Source: Coniocarpon cinnabarinum
Lineage: Eukaryota
Assembly: GCA_051942205.1 (NCBI GenBank)
Contig: JAVECO010000118.1
Coordinates: 1-64,000 of the forward strand
Reading direction: 5' to 3'
DNA: 64,000 nucleotides
Positions 23,488 through 37,576 of the stretch are shown piece by piece (positions within the stretch are counted from its first letter, which is position 1; every line of letters starts with the position of its first letter). The translations under genes and the position numbers were made by a program. The notes under the pieces are model-generated. The model did no database searches and was not told the DNA's origin. It saw nothing but the letters and a program-made list of their open reading frames with translations.

Positions 23488-26400
23488 ATGTCAGAGCAGG
23501 TAAACAAAGCGCACCGAAAAAGCAAAGAGAAGAAGCAAAGACCTCAAGGCGGTATGTAAATCCATCCTGCTTGCATACTCTAGTTGCTAATACACTTGCC
23601 ATAGCGGAAAATCCTAAAGCTCATGCATTCGCGAAGCCTGGCAAATATCAGAAGCAGGCCGCCAGATCTTCCGAGATCAAAGAGAGACGCCTCCATGTTC
23701 CACTCGTGGACAGAATACCAGAGGAGGCACCACCGCTCGTCGTGGGCGTGGTGGGACCTCCTGGAGTTGGAAAGACAACCCTCGTTAAATCATTAATACG
23801 CCGATACGCGAAACAGACCCTGAGCGATCCGAAAGGGCCTCTGACCGTTGTAACATCAAAAAAGCGGCGACTTACATTCTTCGAATGCCCTTCGGATTCA
23901 CTGGCAAGCATGATTGATGTTGCGAAAGTCGTGGACATCGTACTTTTAATGATTGATGGCCACTACGGGTTTGAAATGGAGACAATGGAGTTTTTGAACG
24001 TGCTGTCATCAAGTGGTATGCCTGGAAATGTATTTGGCATCTTGACGCATCTGGATCAATTTAAGAAGCAGGACACGCTGCGGACGAGGAAGAAACAGCT
24101 CAAGCACCGTTTCTGGAGTGAGCTGTATCAAGGTGCAAAGCTGTTCTACCTATCAGGTATCATCAATGGTCGATATCCTGATCGAGAAGTCCTCAACATC
24201 TCCCGATTCTTATCTGTCATGAAGAACCCACGCCCGCTCGTTTGGAGGAATACCCATCCATATTGTCTCGCCGATCGCTTCTTAGACGTTACGCCGCCCA
24301 CGCAGATGGAAGACAATCCGAAGTGTGATCGGCAAATAGCTCTTTACGGATATCTCAGAGGCACGAACTTGCCTGCGAACGGCGCAAAAGTACATGTACC
24401 TGGTTTGGGTGATTTAGAAGTCTCACAAGTAGAAGCATTATCAGACCCATGTCCAACTCCGCATATGGATCAGCAAATAGCCAAAGCCACCGGCAGTGCC
24501 AAAAAACGGCGTCTAGGAGAAAAGCAAAAGATTCTGTTCGCACCAATGTCAGATGTAGGCGGTGTCCTTGTGGACAAAGATGCTGTGTACATCGACATCA
24601 AGCAGCCAACGTTTGATGCTGAAGACGGCACGATTGAGAACAAAGGTTTCGGCGAACAGATGGTCGTGGGCCTCCAAGGTGATCGTAGATTACTGGGCCG
24701 GGTGGATGGAGGGGTTAGGCTCTTCGAGGATCAAGTTTCCTTGGCTGGTCACAGTCTTGATGAGAATGGCGAAACAGATCATCGCAAAGCGAAGCGCAGA
24801 CGTCCATTGCGTGACCTAGGTGCAGAATCTTTGCTAGACGAAGCATACGTCAGTGGATCAGGCACAGACACCGACGAGCGGTTGAAAAGAAATAGAAGCG
24901 GGAGCTGGGAGTCCATGGGCCATGGGAAGGGTGTGAATGCAGAGGATGAAGATCGTCAAGACAACAATTCAGCTGATAGCGATTCAGATATCGATTCTTT
25001 TGACGATGAGAACCGCCTTATATCAGCCAGCAGCTCTGAAGAAGGCGGGGCTGTTCTCGATGACAACGATAGCGATATTGATGATGATGACGACGTAGTG
25101 TGGAAAAAGAATCTCACAGAAAAAGCTCGAGCGGCACACACCAGCTCTCGCGTACGACAAACGCGCGATCTCGTAAAACTACTGTACAACACTAATATAT
25201 CGCCTGTCCAAGTTACAAGCATCTGGAATGGTGATGCCGGGCTTAATGACGTACAAGGAGAAAAGGAAAATGGAGAAGAGGAGCTGTTGACCCACCGTAA
25301 ACTTCAAGACGAAGGTGACGCAGAGGATCGACTGATTGCTTATCAAGATCTTGATAGACTAGAAGACAAGTGGACGAAGTCGTCCACTTTGCAGCGCGTG
25401 GAGTCGCGCTTTGCATCTGCTCACACGTCTGGTGGCCAAGGAGATGTCAATGAATCCGACGACGACGCAGGCAGCGCGTTTGAAGACGACAGCGAGGGCG
25501 ACGGAGACTTTGAAGACCTCGAAGCCACAGGCGAGGACAATGGACCCAAGCCAGAGCAATCGGAAGCAGCAAAATCGCAGGCAATCGAAGACGAAAGAGA
25601 GAAGAACGCTCGTCGCAAAGAAGAGTTGAAGCTCCGCTTTGAGGCCGAAGACGCTGAAGGTATCTTCAATGAAAAGTCAAAAATTCGAGCCGACGCCGAA
25701 CAGGATGAGTTTGGCGAAGATGATTGGTACGATGCGCAGAAGGCTCAGATGCAGAAGCAGCTTGATATCAATCGTGCAGAATATGAGGGGCTGGATGAAC
25801 GCACTCGGATTAATGTGGAGGGATACAAGGCCGGGACGTACGTACGTCTTGTCCTCAAAGATGTGCCATACGAGTTTGCGCGGAACTTTTCGCCTCGGTA
25901 TCCAATTATCATTGGTGGACTTACGGCTACAGAGAACCGCTTTGGCTTCCTTCAAGTCCGCATCAAGTGCCATCGATGGCATTCACGTATCCTGAAATCT
26001 AACGATCCCCTCATCTTCTCACTTGGCTGGCGACGCTTCCAGTCAATACCACTATATCACCTAAGCGACTCACGAACTCGCAACAGATTGCTAAAATACA
26101 CACCTGAACACATGCACTGCTTCGGCACGCTCTACGGACCTCTAGTCGCCCCCAACACCGGTTTCAGCTGCGTACAGTCCTTCTCTCAAAGCACGCCGGG
26201 CTTCCGCATCGCCGCCACCGGTGTCGTCCTCAACGTGGACGAGAGCACCGAAATTGTCAAGAAGCTCAAGCTCAAGGGCTTCCCGCACAAGGTCTTCAAA
26301 AACACAGCCATCATCCGCGACATGTTCCGGTCAGATCTCGAAATTGCTAAGTTCAAAAGCGGTAATCTGAGAACTGTCTCTGGTGTCCGCGGCATGGTTA

Positions 26401-27074
26401 AGGGTGCAGCCGGGCGCCAGTTCCCTGAGGGCTATATACGCGCCGGATTTGAGGACAAGATTCTGAAAAGCGACATTGTTTTCCTGTCGTCGTGGGCGAC
26501 TGTTCGGCCGAGGGAGTTTTACATGCCCATGACGAACTTGCTGACCGATGCGAGTGCTTCTAAAGCATCAACAAACTCACAAGATCAGCAGCCGGATAAG
26601 ACAGAGTGGCAAGGCATGCGTACAACCGGCCAAGTCCGCGCCGCTTTCAACCTGCGCACCCCTCAAAACCACGACTCCAACTACCGCCCCATCAACCGGC
26701 CAGACCGCCACTTCAACCCCCTCCGCGTCCCGCGGAAACTCGCGCAAGATCTCCCCTTCAAATCCCAGATCACGACTATGAAACCCCAAAGCGGGGATAC
26801 GTACCTCCAACGCCGGGCTGTGGTGCTGGGCGGAGAAGAGAAAAAGGCAAGGGATCTGATGCAGAAGCTGTTCACGCTACGGAATGAAAAGGTGCAGAAG
26901 CGCAAGTTGGCGCAGGAGAAGCGGAAGGAGCTGTATCGCCGAAGAGTGGCGGAGGGGCTGGAGATGAAGGCGGCGAGAGAAAAACGGGAGAAGGAAGTGT
27001 ATTGGAAGAAGGAGGGGAAGAAGCGGGCGAGGCAGGAGGAGGGAGGGGGTGCGAGGAAGAAGACGAAGAGATGA
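23488..27074 (+). CDS. BMS1: Ribosome biogenesis GTPase Bms1; intron 23552-23604
   Basis: NPKAHAF, P-loop GPPGVGKTTL, acidic linker and C-terminal NRLLKYTPEHMHCFG. Confidence 0.98.
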
Positions 27075-27216
27075 CGGGTCGCTTTGATAGCTAGGAATAT
27101 GTGCTGATGTTGAAGTGCTTTTTTAGGTACTGAGAGCTAGCAAGGCATATTCTGCTATGAGCAGTGGTAAGGGCTGGAATATACGACAATGGCTCCGGCC
27201 ATCTCTGTTCTCCTTT

Positions 27217-27258
27217 TTCTTTTGCTTGGTGATGAGTTTTTCTTTTGCTTGGTGATGA
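27217..27258. repeat. Short direct tandem duplication (about 23 bp)
   Basis: TTTTCTTTTGCTTGGTGATGAG twice. Confidence 0.7.
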
Positions 27259-29242
27259 GGAAGGAACGAGCATAAGTCATCAGTGTTAGATGAAATCTGT
27301 TGCGCTACATGGCTTGTTATAAGATCTTTTAGAGCTTTCATCTGAGTCACTGCTGCAAATTCGTCTCGCTACCGCTGCTTACATTGGGTAACATCGTCGT
27401 TGGATGCAAATATTGACCTGGCATGCTGATCTCTGCAGACAATACAAGAATAAGGCATGGCTTGGCTTCTTCAAGAAAACGAAGTGGGATTCTTCGAGGT
27501 TTGGCAAAGCTGACCGAGCTTGCGGAGCACAAGACGCATATTTGCGACATGCGCAATCATCCACCCCCATGTTTTAAGAATAGCAAACCGCAGGTTCTAT
27601 CGCATTCAGTTGCCTTTGTTGTTTAGCGAAATTTGACCGTGAGACCGCAGGCGCGGGGATGCTGTACTTGAAGATCGTGAGAATCTGTCTGACTGAGACT
27701 ATCAAAACGAGAACGAAATTCGCCCTTGTAACGTAGTGGAGGCGATGCCAGAGCGGTGTGAGCATGGCGTATGATGCCAAATGAACGAGTTTCAGTAGCA
27801 TGATGACGAGCAGCATGAGCAGCTGTCACGGCGCGTATATTTGGGCAGGCACGAGCGTGATGACAGTTGGAGAGGGGACGGTATCGATGATGTTGCTTTG
27901 CTGACGCTTGATCGGACGGCGCGTCAGCTCCCGCGAGTCCGATGGACATTGTGTACAAACATACGTTAGCGTGCTGGTCTCTCGCAGGCGTCTTGGAAAG
28001 AGAGCGAGATAGCTGTAGGAAATGGTGCAGCGTACTTGGGAGCCGCTATGTTGCGCGAAAATTCATTGAGATGCCCGCGGATAGAGGTCGTTGAACGTAG
28101 ACGTGTTTCGCTGTGAACATGGGCTGTCGTGGCGAGCAAATTCTACTTGTAGATAAGGACGTTCGAATGCTGACACTGGTATGTGCCGATATTTCCACAA
28201 CACTAAAAGGTGTCATCTCTTACCTCCTGCGCTATGAAGGAGAGCCGCCCAATTACAGCAAAATCATTGTCCCCATTTTAGCCTTTTATTACAGAAATGT
28301 GTACAATAACACCGCAAAATGCTATTATTAAGAGCGAAGTCCGCTGTGCGAGATGTTGACGGCCTTTTTGAATAGCCTTGATCGGACTCCTTCGTCTGAA
28401 GAGAAAAGTCTGCTTGGCTTGTCAAATGTTTCTCATGATAGTAGTTTGAGAAGTTGCAATCGAAGTTAACCGGGGTCGTTCAAAATTTGGCGGTGATACA
28501 AGTTGCTGTATTTTGCAGCTAAAGTATCGATCGGAATATGAACATGGAAATTTGAAGAATCGTCGTCTGCTGGTCGGCGTTTGCGCTCGATCTCGAGCAC
28601 AGAATAGCGGTGATCAATGGAACTTTTAAAGATTACAGAAATAGTCAACGCACCGTAGACATTGGTTCAAGCTTACGGATAATGGTGCTTGCGAAGGGAC
28701 GTTCGCGCGTGTCTACTCGACCCTTTATCAATGGTTAGGTGCGCTGTACTAAGAGACTAGATCGCTGATTGTGAGTCCTGAGCAGGGACAGCACGTCTGA
28801 CAGAGCGAAAGTCTGACGTGCCGGGTGAAATTCTCGTGACGTGTCACACCGACTCTTAAATCCTAGAAGCGTTTCCAAAATTTGCCATCCGATGCGGCAT
28901 CAAACCTGGCGACGATTATCATCACAACGCGATTGACGCCAACGAACGGCCGGGGAAGAGAATACGTAACCGGTAACAAATGGTCGAGGGTCATTGGCAC
29001 CACAAAGGAGCCGCAATCATGCAATGAGCGGTAATGCGACCTCGACTTGCGTGAAGCTATTGGAAGGATGGAGACTGCGCAGATGATTACTCGCAGTTCA
29101 CTGGCTGGCTATCTTTACGAAGACGTGCTGTCAAGATGGAAGGTCGTCCAGACATATATAGTGCTCAAAACAGAAAATGTGACTCAGTCGAAATCCGTAT
29201 CTTACCAACTCGGCTAGTATTGTACAGTGCAGAACGGCTAGG

Positions 29243-31070
29243 TCAGCCTTCTTGCTTAACAACTTCCGTGATCAGCTCTCCCCTGCTGTTAATGTAGCTC
29301 TTGAACTGCTCGGGTATCGGACACTCCGTACTATCTTGCTCCTCGCCTTTCGGAGGTACCACGACATTGATGGCTGAACACTTGCTTGTGTAAACCTCGA
29401 TTTTCCGCATGCTCTCATCGCTGAGATATATGCTGCTCTGGTCAACTTTGTCAAGTTGTATGCTGGGCAGCATTCCTGTGACTTGGACATTGAAGCGAGT
29501 GCAGTTCACGACTTCGATCGTGGAAACGAGCGACTCCGCAAGCAGATTGACGCGTTGACAGCCGTCGACAATGATGCTATTGGCTTTGCCTTTGACGACA
29601 ACATCTGCAGATTTACACCTCGAGATGAGGATCGATTGCTGCTTCTCGGCCTGGATGTGGACAGGAGTGCCCTCGTTGTCAAAGTGCTCTACAGTCCACT
29701 TATTGCCTTCGAGGTCTTTTCGTGACGGTTTCTTCGCCCGGAGCGACTCGGGTTTTTTCGTTGGGGCAGGCGATTTGCCTCGTGACGAGTTGCTGTCCGA
29801 ACGTGATGGCTGTGCTGGTGCTTGCGCGCGCAAAGAGGGGTTTTTGTGCGTCATCTGAGATTTGTCGACTTTCTTGAGCCCTGAAGTCACCGCCTCGCCT
29901 TTGTTAAGATCGGCGAAGACAGCTCCCATGTCATTAGAGGACGTCGAAGCCGGTTGAGAAGAGGTGATATCGAACGCTGGCGGCAAGGGTGGAGGCGGAG
30001 GCGGTGGCGGTGGCGCTCCTCCTGCAGTGGGTGCAGGATTGCTCTGGCTCGAGGTACCGTTCACAGTTGGTTGTTGAGCCTTCGCCTGCTGCAGGCCCTC
30101 CTCTGCTGTGACACCATTTGCATTCCAGATCAGTCCTCGCGGATAGAACTGTTTGGTGTATTCCTTTAGAGCGTTGAATAATTTGATGAATCCATTCACC
30201 CAATCGACCTGCGATTGCTCCCTTTAACGGTTATCAGCTACCTCGCGCGACTCTCGATCTTCGATCATGCGTACTTGTCTTTATATTGCGTCAGAATCCT
30301 ATTGCTGTACATCTTTGCACCGCCTAATACATCGTCGATATAGGTGTCGGGTTTGCCGGGCTGCAGCAACCAGCTGAAGGCTCCTGCCCCTTCAACTAAT
30401 GTAGCCAAGTGGTTCTCGTAGGGAGTTTTGCGTTGCTTGTCGCGCATGTTATTGATGTCCATAATGCCTCTCTGAAGCTCTTGGAAGGTGTCCATAAAGG
30501 TTGGCGAAGTTTCATCAGGCTTTTTCGACTTTGTGGAGACGAGTATGACGGTTCGTTGAGCCTTGAATGTGTTTGAGAACAGTGTTGCCTGATGTAACCT
30601 GCAGTCAGTGTCTCATCTTCCTGCCATCCAGGCGGGGTATCAACATACTGCGCTGGCCATAGTCGCCGATAATCTGCCACTCACGTCTTGGAAAGCCTTG
30701 AGATCATCTTGCAGCATCTCATCGAAGGCTTCCACCTGCTGAGGCACCTGGGAAGTGGCCGGAGAGGGCGAAGGAATAGTAGCCGTTGAAGGCTTGGGAG
30801 TTGCGGAGGACGGAGCGGATTCGCCATTGATGCTGGCCGAACGACTGACGGCGGCGGCAGAAGTGCCTTGGGGAGCTTTGTCACCCTCGAGAGCCTGAGA
30901 GCTGGAGGCAATGTCCTCGAGTCGTGAAGTTGCGGCTTCAAGTCTGGATAAGAGGCCGGTTAATTTATGCCGTCTTGTTTCCTCTATGGCTTCCATCGTC
31001 GTGTATTTTGCCAACATGCAGCATACCTCTTGATGAGGGTGGTCAAGTTATGCATTCCACCTTGAGCCAT
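29243..31070 (-). CDS. SRV2: Adenylyl cyclase-associated protein (CAP), multi-exon
   Basis: Exon 1 MAQGGMHNLTTLIKR spliced to LEAATSRLEDIA (RLE motif). Poly-Pro, WH2 GLKKVDKSQMTHKNPSLR and C-CAP with PIPEQFKS. Confidence 0.96.
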
Positions 31071-31831
31071 GGCCGTTTCGAGTCAAGGGGTTTGCTGGGA
31101 AGTAGCAGGGATGCGCGGACGATTGTTATCGCGAGCCAATTCAGCAAGCTCTTGCGATTTGGATGCCGGTCTGTCAATGCTAGTTTAGATAAAACAATGC
31201 ACGCTAGGAATCGAACGCAAAGACCAAAGCGCACTTCCTACAACAAACGCCGCCAGCCACGAGTGCGGCCTGAGGAGAGAAGCGCACCGGCTTGGAGGTC
31301 AATTCTGGAAAGAGTTGAGTAGTGACATCGTGGCACCTTCAATCGTTGCCGGATCTCAGTCTAGGCGACGAGCCTGTACAATAAGCACAATTCAGGTCAC
31401 AAACCTACGAGTATAACGACGATAGGCTGTTGTCCGCCAAAAGACACTGAATCGGAGTGCGGCAACGAGCCCTTCACGTATCTGCTCGTCTCACTAAATA
31501 CTGTCATACACACCCAATTCTGACAAATCCCACTATCGTCCACTCCCTCAACTGGGGAATGCACACCTGTGAGCAGTCGCTCAAGAAGTCAAGGTTCAGC
31601 CCACAGGCGTGCCACCTGCAAACTACTCGGCTCTTCACGTCCCCATTGCACGGCCGCTCTGTCAAAGGACTCGAACTGCACAAGATATCTTAGTAATGAT
31701 TTACTGCCTCAGAGTGATCTTAGACCCGATGGGTGTCTACATATGGGGGTTACGTCAAGCCGAATCAGTTGCCTGGACATCGGCCTCTCAACATCAAAGT
31801 GTGGCTTGCCATTGCCATATCTGCCAGAGCT

Positions 31832-33383
31832 CTAAATGCGGTGAATGCCAGCGGTTTGCGGAATGTTCGGAGATTCGCGTTGCGGATTCTGATGTGGCTC
31901 TCCTTCGCCGTGCCTGCTATACGTTCTGACCTCATCCATGAATACATCCATCGCGTGGCTGGAAGGCCGGCTGCCTTGCTTTCTTTGCCGGTGAGAAATG
32001 TTTGGTTCACTAGAGGATACGTTACTTGCGAAAGCAGTGTCTTCACTGCTTAAGGACTCGGATGCCGTACGCATGAGCGTAGCGACTGCGGGATTTTGAG
32101 GGAGTGAACCAGGTCTTGGAAACATAGGTCGAGTCGGACTGGTTTGTGAGCTTGTCCCTGCGCTTGCCAAGTTTGTGCTCCTGCTACATGTAGTCGAGTG
32201 GGCGGGTGAGCTCATGCGTATGAGCGTATCAACAGCATCTTGTTCCTCAGGTGTATGAGTAGAATAACTAGACGCGAGTCGCGAGGAAGTAGGATGTATG
32301 CCAGTTTCAAGGCGCGGCGGACCAGTGTGCCTATGTGCATGACCTCCGGCTGACCTCAACACAGGCGGCGGTTGTAATCTCCACTCTATTGGTGCAGCCT
32401 CCTCGACTGTCACAGTTTGAGAGCGTCCGTTGCCATGTCCCCACGAGGCAGCCTGGTGACGTGTGTGGCGGTGTACGTCAGGCGAGTCTAACACATTCAG
32501 TCTTGAGTCACGACTGAGAAGGGTGATGCTCACTGTGGATGGCAGAGTTTAGCTCGCGCGAGCTAGATGCGACATTGGTGAGCCTCGATTGAGAAGCGCG
32601 CCTTCTTTCAGGTGTCCACTTTGGAGAGGTTGGTGAACCAGCTTCTGAGGCAAGTCGTTCCACCTCATCAATTTTATGTGATTCCCAACCGTTTTGCACC
32701 TTGAGCATTGCGTATGAAAGTCGAGCCATCAACTCGGCAGAGAGCTCGAAAATGTTAGAACCTGCTGCAGAGCCTGTCAAGAGTTGACGTACCTCATTAG
32801 CTTTTGAGGGAGACTCGACCAAGCCGCTTTGAGCCGCGACACGAGCGTCAGGAGTCACTGAAAGGGCCGTCGACTTTCTCTCGATCAACGCGGGCTTTGT
32901 CTGTCCATCAGCAGTCCGCTTGGACCCACGAGACTCGGCAGCCTGGTGAGCGTTATGGGCTGTGTGTGGTGCATCCTACCCCAGTGAGTCAGCGTCATAC
33001 GCACCAAAAAGAACCGAGCGCGTCTGAATGTCGACAATACGGTCTCTCATGGCTGCGCCGTCCTCGCGTGTCGGGCAGAGAATGGCTGGGCATCTTCGCG
33101 AGCGACCTGTGGTTCAGGGCATACAAAGCTCACGTACCTCGTGCTGCCGCTTTGGAGTGCATGTCTTATTGTAGGAATCTAGGTCCAACTCGACAGATAG
33201 TTGCGTAGCGAAGGTCTCTTGACTTCCGAGACTCTGGGTTTCGCTGGGGAGCTGATCAGATGTGCTATTGGTGGACTGCGAGAAATTCCCGATATCGGGG
33301 CAACGCTCCGTGGATAGCAGGCCGGGTGGTTCAGTGAGGGAGAGGCTGTCTTCAGTGAAATAAGTCGTTGGCTGTCCACTCAT
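31832..33383 (-). CDS. Whi5/Nrm1-like G1/S transcriptional repressor, at least 3 exons
   Basis: Motif LMARLSYAMLKVQNGWE with many SP/TP sites. A 46-nt intron GTGAGC...TAG near 32533-32488 reconciles the frames, with a further intron near 33138-32976. Confidence 0.8.
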
Positions 33384-34563
33384 TGTTGAATCAATCGGAG
33401 TCTGCGGTCGGCAGCGTCGACGGTACTTGTGCAAAGCAAAGCTCGAGCGCGGGGTCAAGAACGCGTGGATCTAGGAACATGTGGTTGGGCTGCACGTCAG
33501 GAGGATGGGATGTGCAGACTGTAGCCAGATCGCGCGGTATGTCGCAGACGTTGAGATTCTCACAGCCGTGGTTGAGGCGCAGGTTTACACCGGCCACACG
33601 AGGGTTGAGATTTGACCGGTGGTGACGTGGAGTTTCGCGCGCTGACACACAGCAGCTGACTCCGATTACGTGCGCAACGGCGATGGTCGGCGGCAACCAG
33701 AATTTTCTCAACACCAGGTGAGCGTCCAGCAAGAATATTCCTTCCTGCGCCACGGCTTCTTGCGGTTGTCACTGGAGGCGACAGAACGACGTGATGTTGC
33801 CATTGCGACATGATGGCGCCAGCGCGCCTCCTGACGCGTATCTCGGTGCGCGTTTACTCCACGTGTCACGTGAGCTTGACATAGGTCTCCGCACTAGGAG
33901 AACCTTTGTAAACCACGCACTGCCTATTCTCGCTTCTCAAATCGATCAGCAATGCATCAGAGAACTGTGTGCTTTCCAATGAGGTGTTGAAGAGATTTGA
34001 AATCTTAGCATGGCAACCCTAGAGTACTGACGCGCTGTGACACCGATGTCATGAGCACTGATACATCCTTGTTCTTGTCTTCTCAGGTCAAAAGCCTTGC
34101 AATCAACAAAATCTCGCAGGCTGAGCTTCGCTGTAAAGTAATGTACATTGCCCCTAAATCTCTGTGGTCAATTTACCCACACCAAATTAGCGTCAAAGCG
34201 CTGTACGAGGTGCAAGCGTCCAACGTGCTGTCATGCTTTATCTGTGCCCTGCAAGGTTGCCTTCGACCGGCATAGTGTCCCTAGGGAAGAGCGTCTCCCA
34301 GGACGTAGTCCTGCCTCAGTCGATGTCAAGCTATCGCTGTTATCGATCCTGTGTCAGCTTTGGAGTGCATTGACGGCTCACACCCGAGCTGGCTTACGGT
34401 ATGGTCTAATGGCTCATATTTCTTGTGTGGCACACCCTTTGCACGGCACAGTTTGCCAAGACTGCACATGCAAACCAATTGATCATGGCAAGCCCTCAAA
34501 CGATCAACACTGCAATCGATAGCTGCTCACTGATCAGTACATTATCGTGTGATGACGCATTTG

Positions 34564-35344
34564 TCAGCACTTCATCGCTCGTACCTCGATCTTATGTGTT
34601 TCTGGGTCTGCTACAGTCTCCGGTATCAATGGTGTTGAAACGAAGAGCACGAACCCAATGATGAGCAATACCCACGACCAGCTCATGAACATGACTGGAA
34701 ACTGCCACACGTAGATCATGGACGGCCGAAAGGAATAGTCCGACTTCTGGGATGAGTTATGTAGGGTGAATGTAGCTGCATTCCTTTGATGAACGAATAA
34801 GGACAGTATTGAGGCATGGTTTTGCGGCGTAATGTCTTCTCCATCGGAACTAGGAATCCAGTCGAGGAGGTTCTCACTTGCGGAGCTCACGAGAGAAAAG
34901 AGTGATAAAGCTAGACTGCTGTACAGGGACACCTTGGCGACCCAAAACGACTGTGCCACCGAAGGCCACGAAAACATTCCGATGACGACTATAGCAGACA
35001 GCGTACTCTACAATTCACGTCAGATCTAGCTGGGAAGAACTCAGAATACCACCAGTACAAACTGCTGGTTTTGTCCACTCCAAGTCTTTCTTCTTTTTGC
35101 TTTTGAAACTGCTTAGCGCATTTTTGAGCTGCTGCGGATGGTCTGCATGTTGGACGATGATGTTGATGGGTCTCAAGGTGAAATTGCGAAGTCGAGCGCG
35201 ATACGAAAACGTAGCAAGCTCGACGAGACCGGAGATTGTCCATCTACCAATGAGTTGCAAACTTGAGCGTATGACGGATATCCGCGAGCACCAAAAACTG
35301 TGATAGCCAGACGACATCGTCTCCTCATTGCGGTGCTTTAGCAT
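34564..35344 (-). CDS. Hypothetical multi-pass membrane protein, at least 2 exons
   Basis: Hydrophobic helices LSAIVVIGMFSWP, SLYSSLALSLFSLV and YVWQFPVMFMSWSWVLLIIGFVLFV. Intron near 35062-35010. Both ends are uncertain. Confidence 0.7.
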
Positions 35345-36206
35345 ACAGGGACTCGAGCGTCAAGGGCGTGTCATGATTCAAGCTGATGGCAAGTGGCAAA
35401 GCCATGGATAGAACACGACAGCTTCAAGCACGAAGGCACAGGATGCTGACCGAGGCCTTGTCCTGTACTCTTCTTCGATAAGATCAGAGTAAGGTGCAGT
35501 GAGGCTATGCTGCATTGCAATGACGTGCTGTGGATCCAATACAACCTGGTGTCAAAGCCTCTGGAAGTTGCCTGGCTGCCTGCCAAGGCTTATGTATCCG
35601 CAAGTGGATTGAGGTCAATTTCAAATTCCGCGTGGGAGAGCTGTCGGAGCCATTGTTGAGTGCATATTAGGCGCTATCGTATGACAACGAAGTACGACTG
35701 AGTGGCTTTGAAGTGAAGTGTAGAACCTGATAGTAGCCGAGCACAAGAATCCGGGTTATACCCCACGGAGCGAAGCACAAGCGGTGAGCGCGAGCAAGGA
35801 GAGGCCCTGTACCAGGATGATATTCTGGATGTTAGCCGCTGGAATGATGATTAGAGCTCTCTAAGCCTCACAACGCACTACGTAGCACTGCGTGGATTGC
35901 TCCGGTCCACAATTGTTACATGACCTGAATGGTGTAGACGCGCGGTCTATTCACTGGTCGGTAGCTCCCGCAAGCAGGCAAATTCTGAGCGCCGATTAGG
36001 TTGCCTGGATGGCTACTTGAATAGGCTGCCTGCTCGTCAACGGACACTGCCGCACTGCCGCAGGCAGAGAGAATCCCAAGGCTGTCTGCAAAATGCATAT
36101 TTGTAGCTCGGAGATCCTGCGTTCTTGTGTTCAAGAGAGCAAAGCACAACCACCCCAGGAGGCTCATTACCTCTTCCCCTTATCATCGAAAGTCTCATGA
36201 TGTACC

Positions 36207-37311
36207 ATGGCAAGCGGGATGGATTGCTCCAAGGAGACTGGATCACGTTCGTCAGCTCTCTTAAAAAAGTTTGCAGAGCAGTCAAATAGATCTGCGCGCA
36301 GAAATCAAGGGCTGCATCGGCATTCCAAGCCGCTGCCGCTTGTCGAGGAAAAGGAGTGTCATTTTACTCGTCCAATCTATGTCAAATGGAGGCCTCTCCT
36401 CAAATCAAATGATACGAGCGGACTGAAAGGTTGATCAAATCTTTGGTCTCCAACTACAAACTCGTTGGACACTGGGCAATCGAAGTTGGTGGCTACACCC
36501 ATGAGCTGAGACAAAGTGAAGATGGCTCTATATACCACTTCCGTGGAGAATGGATCGACAAATATCCAGATTCGAAAGGAAAGAAAATGGAACTGATAAT
36601 GGTCAGCGAAAGAAGCTGCTGTGGAAAAACGAGGATGTCTGACAGGGAAATCGATTCACAAGGTGTGCTTGCACAGTTTCCCGAGACCGGTAAACCCTTG
36701 GTTGCTGATTCCGAATAGCTGAGCGCATGCTCAATCAGATGAAGATTGTGGGCCTGGACAGCAGATCTGACCGCCGGCAGGAGTACGATGTCTGGTTCAA
36801 CAACTGTCAGCGTTTCTGCAGGAAGTTGGCGTCTACAGTCAGCGAAGATGAAACCATGGCACGGGCTAAATGTCTCTGGTTCTTCCACACGCATTATATT
36901 CCCACCGACACGCTCGTCACTACTTGCGTAAACGGCCTTGTGGTTGCGAGTACGCTGATCAACATGACAGACTGGCAAGGAAGCAAGTTGATAATACGAA
37001 CCGACGGGCAAACGATCATGCTTGGAGGTGCGCTGATGGCTTCTTTATCCCTGCGCTTGGCCAGTCCAATCACAAAGCAGCTCCAGAGGGAGCGTGAGTA
37101 TATCAGCAAGCATGGTGTGGCGGCTCACAGAATCTTTGACAAGAAATCAAGGGCACGAAGAGCTGCAGAGGAGGTTGCTGTTGTGATTGCCAGCCTGGGA
37201 TCTGAGACTGTCAGCGGAGGAGTCCTCCAGGTTGCAATTATCCGGCTTCTGCAAGCACTGGTGCGATCCCGAGGAAAGAATGATCCCCCAAGCGGCACAA
37301 GGGCATCATGA
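36207..37311 (+). pseudogene. PPPDE/LRAT-like (permuted papain-fold) putative peptidase with an apparent 5' frameshift
   Basis: RPIYVKWRPL is in one frame and GHWAIEVGGYTHEL in another (shift at about 36420-36434). YDVWFNNCQRFC follows an intron at about 36663-36718. Hydrophobic C-terminal segments. Confidence 0.6.
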
Positions 37312-37481
37312 GGAGGCCGGCTATGGCGCTTCACAACTCCAAGTACGTATAAATATTGTAGCGGCGTAGCTGTCGCAAAAGCTTTGTTTTAAAGGCTCTA
37401 ATTTGGCTCGAAAAGAGAAGTTTGAAACGTAGAAAAGCGAGCGCGCATATATAAACAGCATCCAAAGACCCTATATTACAG

Positions 37482-37576
37482 TAGTGTCGTCCTAGTGGGG
37501 TAAGATAGCTATACCTTACCCTGCTAAAAAGGCTATCTTTGACTACATCAAATCTTGCTCTGCTAAAACGACACTA
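37482..37576. repeat. RIP-degenerate inverted repeat / TE relic
   Basis: 25-bp arms TAGTGTCGTCCTAGTGGGGTAAGAT versus TAGTGTCGTTTTAGCAGAGCAAGAT have 6 mismatches, all transitions. A third partial copy sits at 37515-37529 in TpA-rich surroundings. Confidence 0.6.

Noticed and set aside
27100..29200. Short ORFs and intron-like signals between BMS1 and CAP
   Set aside because: I could not assemble a coherent gene or an ncRNA with recognisable boxes.
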